Numbered from the stretch's first letter, positions 29,546-39,485 are shown. The stretch: 64,000 nucleotides of DNA from Nitrospirota bacterium (GCA_043731355.1 JAYTJE010000028.1:13261-77260); one strand, 5' to 3'. Notes: generated by a model from the letters alone, not told the origin. Translations and numbers: made by a program.

Positions 29546-29763
29546 TATAAGATGAATGAAATATTGATGAATCAGGAAGGGAGGCAGCGCTGCCTGTGGC
29601 AGCAAAAATATCGTACGACCTGTTAATTCTGCATGGAGGTCGTAGCGATCTGCTTATTGTTATTTTTTAATAACGTCAGGCAGTAATAAGGTCGGGGGGA
29701 TTAAAATTTTTGTAGAGTTGTTAAATTAAAAAACGTTGTAAACTAAACCAAGGAGGAAGCAAA

Positions 29764-30420
29764 ATGAAGAGAATCATCGTAGTAACAGTAGCATTGGCAT
29801 TTGTGCTCCTGAGCGCGGGCGCGGCACTTGCCGGCATCGCGAACAGCAAGCACGACATGAGGACCTACCTGATCGGACAGACGCTCGGATACGACGAAGT
29901 CTGCGTCTATTGCCACACGCCGCACAGCTCATCGATGCAAGCTCAGCTCTGGAACCACTCAGTTTTGACCACGCCTACTTACACAGTCTACGGATCTGCG
30001 ACCATGAATGCCACGACAGGCCAGCCGGGAGCTGGATCGTTGATCTGCTTGGGCTGCCATGACGGCACCGTTGCTGTTGATGTCATGGTCAATACTCCGA
30101 ACTACGGCGTCGCAGGAACGGATAATGGCGTTCTTACTGCTACTCTCAAAATCGATCCCACAAGAGGCGCATATTTGGGCCTCGACCTCGGGAACGATCA
30201 CCCGGTCGGCTTTACCTATGATGCCACACTTGTAACCAATGACGGCTCGCTTGTTGATGCGGTGACCGTGGGCGGCAGCACCTATGTACGCATTATCGGT
30301 GGCGTCGGTGGTAAGGTGGAGTGCGCAAGCTGCCACGATGCTCACAATACTGTCACGATGCCTTTCCTGAGAAGCGCCAACGCGGGCTCGGCTCTCTGCC
30401 TGCGGTGCCATATCAAGTAA
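29764..30420 (+). CDS. Tetrahaem c-type cytochrome (secreted)
   Basis: Signal peptide; four CXXCH motifs (CVYCH, CLGCH, CASCH, CLRCH); strong AAGGAGGAAG RBS. Paralog of 46703. Confidence 0.8.
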   Translation: MKRIIVVTVALAFVLLSAGAALAGIANSKHDMRTYLIGQTLGYDEVCVYCHTPHSSSMQAQLWNHSVLTTPTYTVYGSATMNATTGQPGAGSLICLGCHDGTVAVDVMVNTPNYGVAGTDNGVLTATLKIDPTRGAYLGLDLGNDHPVGFTYDATLVTNDGSLVDAVTVGGSTYVRIIGGVGGKVECASCHDAHNTVTMPFLRSANAGSALCLRCHIK

Positions 30421-30448
30421 GCTGAGGATACGAACATAGCAGGTTCAA

Positions 30449-30477
30449 GAGGGGAGGAGACTCCCCTCTTTTTTTTT
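30449..30477 (+). terminator. Rho-independent terminator
   Basis: AGAGGGGAGgagaCTCCCCTCT hairpin followed by T9. Confidence 0.7.
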
Positions 30478-30752
30478 AAGTCTTGTCGGGTGTTTGGGTT
30501 GTTGCCGAACCAAAAAGGTTTGACTTTATAATGATGGCGTGATAACTTACCAAAACCTGCGTTGTAATAGTTATTAAATAATCACAAACCAGAGGGGCCG
30601 CTGAGATGCCGGTTGATGCGTTCGCAAAAAGTCATAATCCACCAGACGCGGAGACACTGAGAAATGCTTTTTAAATTACGAAGTTTTTCACCGCGTTCTC
30701 AGTGGTTCGATTCGACTTGTTACGAATCCATCAGATTTAAAGGGGAGTGGAA

Positions 30753-31829
30753 ATGCATAAACATAAACACGGTTTACTGATAATTCTGATACTGAGCTTG
30801 CTTTTTGGGTGCGCGACAAAAGCGCCGCAAAAACCGCTGCTCGCGTGGCCCTCATTGCCGGCTCCGCCGCGGATAGCCTATGTGGAGAGCTACCGCGGTT
30901 CGATAGATTTTTTCGTGCCCAGTTTCCTTGATGTTATCTTAGGCGCCAGCCAGTCAGTAAAAAACGACATTAACAAGCCTTTTGCCGCAGCCGCTTACGG
31001 CGACAAAATATATGTTTCCGACACAGGTTTTGGATACGTGGTCGTGATCGACACAAAAGCGCGGAAGGTGTCTTTCCTTGGGGCAAGCGGAAGGGCTGTT
31101 TTGAAAAAGCCCCTTGGTGTCGCCGCCGCCGCTGACGGAACGATCTATGTCTCCGACGGAAGCCTGAACAGTATTTACGCCTTTGACCGGAACGGCGAGC
31201 TTATGCTGGCATTTGGAAAGCCCGGTGAGTTTGCAAGGCCTGCGGGGCTTGCCGTCAACAGCGAGCTGGGACGGCTCTATGTGTGCGATGTCGCGGTAAA
31301 TGCGGTTTTTGCCTACTCTCTCAAGGGGGAACGTCTCTTTGAGTTCAAAAAAGGAGCAGAGCCTGGAGAAGGCTACTTCAATTCTCCGACCCATATTGCC
31401 ATTGACAGGAGAAATGGAAATGTCATCGTTGCTGATACGAATAATTTCAGGGTGCAGGTTTTTGACAAGGATGGCGCATACCTGAGAAAATTCGGGCAAT
31501 TGGGCGACAATCCCGGGGATTTCAGCAGGCCCAAAGGCATCGCTGTCGACTCCGAAGGCCATGTCTACGTGGCCGACGCCGCTTTTAATAATTTTCAGAT
31601 ATTCGACGACACGGGAAAACTGCTGCTGTCTATAGGAAGCATGGGACAGGGCGCCGGACAATTTATGCTGCCCGGCGGCATGTATATTGATGAACAAGAC
31701 CGGATCTATGTCGCTGATGCCCTCAACAGAAGGATCGAGGTTTTCCAGTATCTGAGCGAGGCTTGGAAGCAGTCTCATCCCGAGGAGTATAAAAAATACC
31801 TTCTACCGGAGGCGGCGGTTATTAAATGA
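30753..31829 (+). CDS. NHL-repeat lipoprotein
   Basis: Lipobox LLFGC; six repeated NHL-like units (YVSD/YVAD/YVCD ... G.F..P.GIA); AGGGGAG RBS. Confidence 0.7.
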   Translation: MHKHKHGLLIILILSLLFGCATKAPQKPLLAWPSLPAPPRIAYVESYRGSIDFFVPSFLDVILGASQSVKNDINKPFAAAAYGDKIYVSDTGFGYVVVIDTKARKVSFLGASGRAVLKKPLGVAAAADGTIYVSDGSLNSIYAFDRNGELMLAFGKPGEFARPAGLAVNSELGRLYVCDVAVNAVFAYSLKGERLFEFKKGAEPGEGYFNSPTHIAIDRRNGNVIVADTNNFRVQVFDKDGAYLRKFGQLGDNPGDFSRPKGIAVDSEGHVYVADAAFNNFQIFDDTGKLLLSIGSMGQGAGQFMLPGGMYIDEQDRIYVADALNRRIEVFQYLSEAWKQSHPEEYKKYLLPEAAVIK

Positions 31830-31873
31830 TATCCCTTAGTCCTTGTTTGTGTCTGGTCTCAAATGGGGGGCGT

Positions 31874-32812
31874 ATGATTAAATTATTGCTGTCACTCGTT
31901 ATCTTTTTTTATGCACTCCCGCTGCCTGCCGCTGAGCATGTGGTTGCCAGGGTCAACGGGGTCGTCATTTCCGCATCAGAGCTTGACGCGGCCGTAAGCC
32001 GACAGATCGCTACAGCCACCTATCACGGGTCTGTTCCTGAGGAAAGGCGCCCTGAATTTCAGGAACAAGCCCTTCAGAAACTTATTCTCCGCGAACTGCA
32101 ATATCAGGATGCCGTGTCCCAGGGAATAAAACCGGACAAAAAACTGACGAAAACGAGGATGGAGTCCATAAAAAACAAATTTAACTCTGGAAAAGAATAT
32201 AAAAAAGCATTGTCCGATGCGGGGCTTACTGAAGACGATATACGCGCGGGTGTGGAAAAGAACCTTGTTGTGGAAGAGGTGATCAATAAAACCGGTGTGG
32301 AACCGGCGCGCTGGAAGGACGCCGAACTGAAGACGTACTATGACTCGAATAGAGATAAATTCAAGCAACCGGAAAGTGTTAAACTGAGGATCATCTCGGT
32401 CGCGGCTGAAAAAAAAGCAACGGAGGCGCTGGCCCTGATAAAAGCGGGCGAGACGTTCGGAGCAATAGCGGGGAAAATGTCCGAAGACAATTACCGGACC
32501 ACGGGAGGCGACCTCGGATATATTCACCGGGGCAGGATTTATCCTGAGCTGGAGCGCGAAGCTTTTGCGATGAGACCCGGAGAAGTGAGCAATCCGGTAC
32601 GCGCTGAGGGCATGTGGTTCATCATTAAAGTAGAAGAGAAAAAACCAGAGCAGCTGATCACCTTTGAGGAAACAAAGGACAAGCTCAGAAAAGAGTTAGA
32701 GGCAAAGCGCTCCGCTGAGTTGCTCGAAAAATGGAACCAGGAGCTCAGGGTAAAGGCAAAAATAGAAATTTTACTTGATGGTAACGAAAAGAATCCGCAA
32801 GTGTCACCCTGA
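31874..32812 (+). CDS. PpiC-type peptidyl-prolyl cis-trans isomerase (SurA/PrsA-like periplasmic chaperone)
   Basis: Signal peptide, SurA-N-like region, parvulin domain (GGDLGYIHRG..). Confidence 0.7.
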   Translation: MIKLLLSLVIFFYALPLPAAEHVVARVNGVVISASELDAAVSRQIATATYHGSVPEERRPEFQEQALQKLILRELQYQDAVSQGIKPDKKLTKTRMESIKNKFNSGKEYKKALSDAGLTEDDIRAGVEKNLVVEEVINKTGVEPARWKDAELKTYYDSNRDKFKQPESVKLRIISVAAEKKATEALALIKAGETFGAIAGKMSEDNYRTTGGDLGYIHRGRIYPELEREAFAMRPGEVSNPVRAEGMWFIIKVEEKKPEQLITFEETKDKLRKELEAKRSAELLEKWNQELRVKAKIEILLDGNEKNPQVSP

Positions 32813-32879
32813 CAAAACTCTGGCAGTTACCACGGAAAAGGCCACGGAGTATCACGGATACAAGTAAGAGATGAGTTCG

Positions 32880-33005
32880 TAAAAAGTCTTAAAAGCCGTC
32901 TTTGCGAGCGAAGCGAAGCAATCTCGTAGTTCGTATCTGCCTGATAAATCGAGATTGCCGCGTCGCTCCGCTCCTCGCAATGACGGCCTAAAAGACTTCT
33001 TACGA
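32880..33005. repeat. Large imperfect palindrome in the intergenic region (~45-bp arms)
   Basis: AAAGTCTTAAAAGCCGTCTTTGCGAGCGAAGCGAAGCAATCTCG ... CGAGATTGCCGCGTCGCTCCGCTCCTCGCAATGACGGCCTAAAAGACTT. Candidate structured RNA or MITE-like element. Confidence 0.35.
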
Positions 33006-33194
33006 GACCATCATCAATAATAATGGACACACATCAGTACTCCCCTGCGGAAGTTTTCCCACCTTGATACCCCCCCGACTCAATGCTTCGTGCAGTAATA
33101 CTCAATAGTGAGCGATTACGCGCATTGAGCGACATTTCTTCAATAAAAACAATAATAACTGTTTGAAATAATTGATTAATTAAGTTGTGGTTAT

Positions 33195-33210
33195 GGGCAC
33201 GAAAATTGCT
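33195..33210 (+). promoter_or_regulatory. Sigma-54-like promoter gGGCACgaaaaTTGCT upstream of the beta-barrel gene
   Basis: GG-N10-GC spacing is correct and the -12 TTGC is intact; ~35 nt before the GTG start. Coordinates approximate. Confidence 0.45.
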
Positions 33211-33244
33211 TACATATTAATTGCAGAAATACTATGCCTGATGT

Positions 33245-35185
33245 GTGAAAGCTATTCACTTGCGCAAAATTTTATATAAAATATTTTACTTATCAATACT
33301 TACCGTGCTTATATCCTGCCCAGGGCGCGCTGAGGCTTATCGCGTTTCAGGCGTGGTTGCATTTACCTACAATGCCGATGAGCATCGTTCGGGGAATGTG
33401 CGCTCTTCTTCGCATTCATTCTCCCAGCAGTATAGCGCCAATTTGCAAAGCTTTTTCTGGGACCCGCGGTTTCTCCGGTATAATGCTGGTGTTACCTATA
33501 ACATTACCTCAGTCTCATCGTCCTCATCGTCGGAAAACATTGGATTAAATTATGATCTTAATATGCGGTTTTTTCCCGGCATGATGGTATCCTGGGACCT
33601 TTACGACAGGCAGTCCACCAGCAAGATTTCGTCCGATAACAATATCGCAGGTTATGATTTAAACACGAATTCATACGGTGGTTCTTTGCAGCTTAATCTC
33701 AGCCGCCGGGATGGTGGACGTAGAGGGAACAACAATAATGTCAACAACAACAATAGCAACAATAACAACAACAGTTATAACTATAATAATAATAATAACA
33801 AAAGCGGAAGTCTGATCAATTTCCGCCTTCCTGATATTGGACTTTCCTACGGGCATGTTGAGTCTGATTCAGCGGGTGCGCTCAATCCGATCAATGAATC
33901 GCGCGACAACGTCGGCCTGACGCTGGCATACCGCATTAATGCGAGGGCTGACCTGAATATGGGCCAGACCGATGAAACCTACAAAAACTTCATCACCGGC
34001 GGAAACTATGAAACGAAGTCCACGACGGTTGCATCGAAAATCCTTGTGTCCCCTGAGGCCGACCTGAATCTGAGCGGCAGCCTGACAGACCGGACAACCT
34101 CTGGCTTTGCCGGATTCGGCCGTAATGATACCGCATGGTATTCCACCGCGGCGCTTAATTTTAAAGAACGTGACGGAATACGGCACAGCTACACCTATAG
34201 CTACAACAAATCGCAGTCGGACTTTGCGGAAATGACGGGCCACAATGCCGCCGCCAATGTATCGTACCAGCTTAATCGCGACCTCTCCTTGCGTGGGGGC
34301 CTCCATTATACTCTTGCGGAGTATATTATCACGTCGCCAACGGCAACCGTTCCGCAGGAAAAACAGAGCATGGAGTCAGGCGGCGCGCAGACCGGGGTGG
34401 CTTACCGAAAGCTGTATACCCCCGAATTCCTCGGGCTCTTCGCAATGAATACGGATTATAACTTCAATACGGGCTTCGTGGATATTTCGTCAACCCAGAT
34501 AGATAAGGCCGCGGGGAGCGGTTGGTATTATGAGAATGCCGCGGCCCTCGGGTTGACGAGCATAGGATGGAAAAAAGACAGCGTGGCGACGAGTTATAAT
34601 GTTTCCAGCAGGAGAGACCACTCGCCTCTTACGAACAACGTCCGGTCTCAGGGGCTCAGACTCGATGCTTCCACGGTCCGTATTCCTCAGACGACCTTTA
34701 GAGCGAATGCTTCCTATACCGTTACCGAGAGCAGCGCGAGCAATTATAGCGTCTTCTTGAATAACGCTCAGAATAATTCGAGCATCGGCAATCGGGCGCT
34801 TTTCTACGGTGTATCAGCAGTGTATACGGCCACGCCTTCCCTTACCTTTGATGCAGGCGCTTCGCAAGGACGTTCCTCGAATTCAACGCCGTCACTCTCC
34901 ACTTTGCAGCCGAATGTGCAAGCGCCAATCGAGCAGGCGATGTATTTCGGGGCCCACTATGGAAAGGCCCTTACCCGGAACGTGATGTTCCGGGCCAATG
35001 CCCGTGATGAATACCGCAAATCCTTCCGTGCGAAAACGGAAACACGCGATATAGATGCGGGTCTTGACTATCGCATCAGGCAGGTCCTGATGAATTTTAC
35101 CTACCGCTGGAACGAGAGATTGCCTGAAGCGGGCCTGAATACGTACCAGCAGAGTTATATGGTGAAGCTGTCGAGGCCGTTTTAA
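33245..35185 (+). CDS. Large outer-membrane beta-barrel protein (porin-like) with internal poly-Asn low-complexity tract
   Basis: Signal peptide; S/T/N/Y/G-rich alternating amphipathic pattern; C-terminal ...KLSRPF (terminal Phe); 646 aa; N-rich tract at aa ~160-185. Confidence 0.5.
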   Translation: MKAIHLRKILYKIFYLSILTVLISCPGRAEAYRVSGVVAFTYNADEHRSGNVRSSSHSFSQQYSANLQSFFWDPRFLRYNAGVTYNITSVSSSSSSENIGLNYDLNMRFFPGMMVSWDLYDRQSTSKISSDNNIAGYDLNTNSYGGSLQLNLSRRDGGRRGNNNNVNNNNSNNNNNSYNYNNNNNKSGSLINFRLPDIGLSYGHVESDSAGALNPINESRDNVGLTLAYRINARADLNMGQTDETYKNFITGGNYETKSTTVASKILVSPEADLNLSGSLTDRTTSGFAGFGRNDTAWYSTAALNFKERDGIRHSYTYSYNKSQSDFAEMTGHNAAANVSYQLNRDLSLRGGLHYTLAEYIITSPTATVPQEKQSMESGGAQTGVAYRKLYTPEFLGLFAMNTDYNFNTGFVDISSTQIDKAAGSGWYYENAAALGLTSIGWKKDSVATSYNVSSRRDHSPLTNNVRSQGLRLDASTVRIPQTTFRANASYTVTESSASNYSVFLNNAQNNSSIGNRALFYGVSAVYTATPSLTFDAGASQGRSSNSTPSLSTLQPNVQAPIEQAMYFGAHYGKALTRNVMFRANARDEYRKSFRAKTETRDIDAGLDYRIRQVLMNFTYRWNERLPEAGLNTYQQSYMVKLSRPF

Positions 35186-35444
35186 TAAAAGTTTATCATT
35201 TCTCCGTCAGCCTTCCGCATAAGGTCCCCCTGAGCAGTCAAGGTGTCCTCCGGTCAACGCACAGAAGCCGCAGAAAAGAGCATGAATGCGCTCACCAATC
35301 TCAACATGCAAGAAAATTTACCACGAAGAACACGAAGCGCGCGAAGTTAAAATAAATACTTTGATTTTGTCTTTTTCAATTTTTTCGTGATCTTCGTGGT
35401 GAAAAGGCTTTTTGGTCCCGGCTTGTCCGGGTTAGGATAAACAG

Positions 35445-36203
35445 ATGATTCTCGGGAAAAGACTCATTGTGGTAATGCCCGCGTATAATGCGGAAAAAAC
35501 GCTCCGGCAGACCTATGCGGAGCTCCCTCATGAGTATGTTGATGAGGTCATCCTGGTGGATGACGCGTCCCGGGACCATACGGCCTCCGTTGCGCAGGAG
35601 CTCGGCATCACCACGATCGTGCATGCCGAGAACAGAGGCTACGGCGCAAACCAGAAGACCTGTTACCGGGAGGCGCTGAGGCTCGGCGCCGACATTGTGG
35701 TGATGGTCCACCCCGATTATCAGTATTCTCCGCGGCTCGTAACGGCCATGGCTTCCATGATCACGTCGGGGCATTATGACGTTGTGCTGGGGTCGAGGAT
35801 TCTTTGCGGAGGGACCTGGCGGGGGGGGATGCCCTTCTATAAATACATTGCCAATCGCTTTCTCACGTTGATAGAGAACCAGATGCTTGGAGTAAAATTA
35901 TCCGAGTTCCATACCGGCTACCGGGCATTCAACCGGGAGGCGCTTCTTGCGCTGCCTTTGGAGGAGAATTCAAACGATTTTGTTTTTGACAACGAGATGC
36001 TTGCACAGGCGGTATACCAGGGCTTCCGCATCGGCGAGATAAGCTGTCCCACAAAATATTTTGACGATGCCTCCTCGATCTCGTTCATGCGCAGCGTCCG
36101 CTATGGTTTCGGTGTTCTGGCGACGTCGCTGAAATTTGTTCTTCAGAAACTCGGCCTCGCACACTTTGCCCTGTTCAGCGGCCGCCGTAGGGGAGGGTGG
36201 TAA
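35445..36203 (+). CDS. GT2 glycosyltransferase, polyprenyl-phosphate mannose/glucose synthase (Dpm1-like)
   Basis: [12 protein letters not shown]...[12 protein letters not shown] and the DxD-like DADM region. Confidence 0.75.
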   Translation: MILGKRLIVVMPAYNAEKTLRQTYAELPHEYVDEVILVDDASRDHTASVAQELGITTIVHAENRGYGANQKTCYREALRLGADIVVMVHPDYQYSPRLVTAMASMITSGHYDVVLGSRILCGGTWRGGMPFYKYIANRFLTLIENQMLGVKLSEFHTGYRAFNREALLALPLEENSNDFVFDNEMLAQAVYQGFRIGEISCPTKYFDDASSISFMRSVRYGFGVLATSLKFVLQKLGLAHFALFSGRRRGGW

Positions 36204-36267
36204 ACCCGCCTCTCCATTGTTATCTCCGTGATATTCAGTGGCTTTTTCCGTGGTAAATAACGTAAGT

Positions 36268-37392
36268 TCAGCTGAAAGTAACGCAATTTCTGCCGTTTTC
36301 TTTCGAGCGATAGAGGGCTTCATCCGCTTTTTTGATGAGAGCCTCGGGTGTGATAACGTCTTTGCCGCTGATGCAGGCGACGCCCAGGCTTACCGTTACC
36401 TTGATATCGGAGGACCGGCTTCTGATGCTGAACGGATGGCGCTCAACTGCGTCGCGGATGCGCTCGGCCGTCGCCGCGGCATTGAGCTGTGTCAGACCCG
36501 GCATAATGATCGTGAATTCCTCTCCGCCGTAGCGGCAGCAGATATCCGTGGCCACGCGGCGGCATTGCAGCGTAAGAAGCTGAGACAGCTCTTTCAGGAC
36601 CGTGTCTCCGGCCTGGTGACCGAAGTTGTCATTGAATTGCTTAAAGTGGTCTATATCGAGCATAATGAGGGTGAGTGGTTCGGGAGTGCGGTCGCGACGC
36701 GCCAGTTCCTGCCTGAGCCGCTCTTGAAAAACCCGGTGGTTGTAAAGGCCCGTGAGTCCGTCATGCTGGGAAAGATGTTCGATCGTTTCGAAGAGGTGGG
36801 CTTTTTCTATGCCTGCTGCGATCTGGTGGGACAAAATTGCCATGAAGTCCATGTCATCCACAGTGAGACCGTATTTTTTCGGGTGGTCGATGCCGATCAC
36901 GCCGATGGTCGTATCGCGGACTTTCAGCGCCGTGCCGATATAGGATCCGGCCCTTTTTTCTTCGCCCGGAACATGGATAAAATCATCCATGGTCTCGTAA
37001 AAAAGCCCCAGATCGTGGATTTGTATGTGCTCGCCGCTCTCAACGATTTTTCCCGGTGTGCCCTGCCCCGGTTGCAGGGAGAGCGGGCCTTCGACGCTTA
37101 GTCCGCGGGAGTAGGACAGCTCCAGGTTTTCTCGCGGGTCATCGAGCAGATAGACCGAGACGCGGTCAAAAAGAATTGCCCCTTTGATGCTGTCAAAGAT
37201 GCCGCGGAGCATCTCGCGCTTGTCCACCTGGGAGGAAATGGCGAGGGAAACATGGTACTGGACATACATCTCGTTCAGCTTCTTTTCGAGCAGGAGACCC
37301 AGGGCGTCGGTCTGCGCTTTCGCCTGCGCAAGCTCTTCTTCGAGCCTGGTGACCTTTTCCGGCAATTGCTCTACTCTTTGTTCATCAGGCAT
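36268..37392 (-). CDS. GAF domain-containing diguanylate cyclase (GGDEF)
   Basis: N-terminal coiled coil, GAF domain, GGDEF domain with RYGGEEF active-site motif. Confidence 0.85.
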   Translation of the reverse strand: MPDEQRVEQLPEKVTRLEEELAQAKAQTDALGLLLEKKLNEMYVQYHVSLAISSQVDKREMLRGIFDSIKGAILFDRVSVYLLDDPRENLELSYSRGLSVEGPLSLQPGQGTPGKIVESGEHIQIHDLGLFYETMDDFIHVPGEEKRAGSYIGTALKVRDTTIGVIGIDHPKKYGLTVDDMDFMAILSHQIAAGIEKAHLFETIEHLSQHDGLTGLYNHRVFQERLRQELARRDRTPEPLTLIMLDIDHFKQFNDNFGHQAGDTVLKELSQLLTLQCRRVATDICCRYGGEEFTIIMPGLTQLNAAATAERIRDAVERHPFSIRSRSSDIKVTVSLGVACISGKDVITPEALIKKADEALYRSKENGRNCVTFS

Positions 37393-37442
37393 GTTGTATC
37401 ACGGTGTGCGCTCGCGAAGAATCCGCCTATGGCCGACTGAAG

Positions 37443-38210
37443 CTAATTTGTTTTAGGCGCCAGTGGTTTGGCCGGCAGAGGCTGAGGCGCGGCGGTCCCG
37501 CTCGGGGCCGAGGCTGGTTTGAGCTGCTGGACCGCAACCGGTTTCTGGCCTGGTATGTTGATCGCCGCCGGGGCCTGGATAATGATGACTGTTTTCCGGT
37601 CTTTGATGGTGAACCCGCGATCGGGCATGGCCGCGGGGAAAGCTGCCGCAATGAGCGATTCCTGGCTGATGCCGCCTTTTTCAACCAGATATTTTACCAG
37701 GGCAGTTGACCGTTCCGAGGCGAGGGTACGCGCATCCTTTGCCGGGACCTTTTTTTTGCCCTTGCCGCGGGCTTCGACCGAAAGGGTCATATTGCCGACA
37801 AGGATTTCCCGGTCCTTCAGCGTGGGGTTTCTGAGCAGGTTGCCGATCTTCTGGAGCATGGGGACGCTGTCCTTGGGAAAAGTGATTGAACCGGGCAGAT
37901 AGAGCAGTTGTTCGGAGATGTTCACGATGACGCGGGTATCGACAGCCTGCACCTCCGCTTTGCCAGCGTTCAGTTCAACGGCGAACTCCCGCTTTGCGGT
38001 TTCCATGACAGGCGCAACCCAGGCTGTCGCTTTTTGCTCCGCTTCTTTGCACTTTTTCAGGTCGGTTTTTGCTTTATCAAGTTCCTGCACACCGGTTTTC
38101 AGCTTCTGATTTTCCACGGTCATGGGTTGTGCGGTGGTAAAATAATAAAACGCCGCGGCGCCGAGAACGGCTGCGAGCAATGCTCCCAGAATGTAGGTTA
38201 CGAGCTTCAT
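37443..38210 (-). CDS. Membrane-anchored coiled-coil protein with OmpA/MotB-like C-terminal domain and Pro/Ala-rich tail
   Basis: N-terminal TM helix, coiled coil, OmpA-like segment (RTLASERSTALVKYLVEKGG). Domain call is weak. Confidence 0.45.
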   Translation of the reverse strand: MKLVTYILGALLAAVLGAAAFYYFTTAQPMTVENQKLKTGVQELDKAKTDLKKCKEAEQKATAWVAPVMETAKREFAVELNAGKAEVQAVDTRVIVNISEQLLYLPGSITFPKDSVPMLQKIGNLLRNPTLKDREILVGNMTLSVEARGKGKKKVPAKDARTLASERSTALVKYLVEKGGISQESLIAAAFPAAMPDRGFTIKDRKTVIIIQAPAAINIPGQKPVAVQQLKPASAPSGTAAPQPLPAKPLAPKTN

Positions 38211-38267
38211 GACTGCCTCCTTCGTGAGTGGGATGATGTGCGGTTACCGGAGCTTTCTCCCGGGCGC

Positions 38268-39485
38268 TTACTGCAAACGGCCAAACGCTTTTTCGATCCG
38301 GTCAAGCCCCTTCTGGATATTTTCCATTGATGTTGCGTACGACAGTCTGATATAAGCCTCAGCGCCGAAAGCATCTCCCGACACCAGCGCCACTTGCGCG
38401 TCTTCAAGTAAATACGTGGCGAGGCCGGCGGAACCTTTGATGGTCTTCCCGTTCACACTCTTCCCGAACAGCTGCGAAACATCGGGGAATGCATAGAATG
38501 CGCCGACCGGCATGAGACAGGAGACTCCCTTCATGGTGTTCAAGCGCTCCACCATGGAGCGCCGTCGTTTGTCGAATTCGACGTTCATGGTCGCAATGAA
38601 ATCCTGGGGTCCCCTGAGCGCCTCGACAGCTGCTTTTTGCGATATGGAGCACGGGTTCGAGGTGCTCTGGCTCTGAATGTTCGCCATGGCGGACAGGACA
38701 TCTTTCGGACCGGCCGCATAACCGATGCGCCAGCCGGTCATGGCATGGGACTTGGAAACGCCGTTCACCACGATGGTGAGGTCCTTTATCTCTTTGCCCA
38801 GCGAAGCAATGCTAACGTGTTTAAACCCGTCGTAGAGGAGCTTTTCGTAAATTTCATCGGAGATCACATAGAAGTGATGCCGAACGGCAACTGCCGCGAT
38901 CTCTTCGAGCGTTTTTCTGTCGTATGCCAGGCCGGTCGGGTTCGAAGGGCTGTTGAGCACCAGCGCTTTGGTCTTTTTGGTCACCGCAGCTTCGAGTTTT
39001 TTTGCCGTAAGCGTGAAGCCTTCCCCGGCGGTTGTCTCCACGATGACCGGCACGGCATCGTTCAACAGCACCTGGTCTGGATAGGAAACCCAGTAGGGGG
39101 CGGGGATGATGACCTCGTCGCCCGGATCGAACAGCGCTTCCGCAATATTGTACAGGCTGTGTTTTGCGCCGCAGGAAATGAGGACCTGAGATCGCTCGTA
39201 GGCCAGATTGTTGTCAGTTTTAAACTTGTCGATGACCGCGTCTTTTAGTTCGTCGGTGCCGCCTGCCGGCGTATATTTGGTAAAGCCAGACTGGATCGCC
39301 TTTATCCCGGCTTGTTTCACGTTCTCAGGCGTGTCGAAATCCGGTTCGCCCACGCCGAAATCAACCACATCGATCCCCTGTGCTTTCATGGCCTTGGCCT
39401 TGGCCGCTGTTGCCAGGGTGGGGGACGGCTTAATTGCCGTAGCTCGCTTTGCAATGCCCATGCGTATGATGCCCTTTCTATCCAA
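38268..39485 (-). CDS. Aspartate/aromatic aminotransferase (class I PLP aminotransferase)
   Basis: 405 aa; SKSHAMTGWRIGY PLP-lysine motif, GEPDF, NSPSNPTG motifs. Confidence 0.85.
   Translation of the reverse strand: MDRKGIIRMGIAKRATAIKPSPTLATAAKAKAMKAQGIDVVDFGVGEPDFDTPENVKQAGIKAIQSGFTKYTPAGGTDELKDAVIDKFKTDNNLAYERSQVLISCGAKHSLYNIAEALFDPGDEVIIPAPYWVSYPDQVLLNDAVPVIVETTAGEGFTLTAKKLEAAVTKKTKALVLNSPSNPTGLAYDRKTLEEIAAVAVRHHFYVISDEIYEKLLYDGFKHVSIASLGKEIKDLTIVVNGVSKSHAMTGWRIGYAAGPKDVLSAMANIQSQSTSNPCSISQKAAVEALRGPQDFIATMNVEFDKRRRSMVERLNTMKGVSCLMPVGAFYAFPDVSQLFGKSVNGKTIKGSAGLATYLLEDAQVALVSGDAFGAEAYIRLSYATSMENIQKGLDRIEKAFGRLQ

Noticed and set aside
30640-30720. GGTTCGATTCGAC, resembling a tRNA T-psi-C arm
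   Set aside because: Flanking sequence does not form an acceptor or T stem (CAGTG versus TCGAC are not complementary) and there is no D or anticodon arm. It is more likely part of a leader hairpin (CACTGAGAA/TTCTCAGTG) upstream of the NHL gene.
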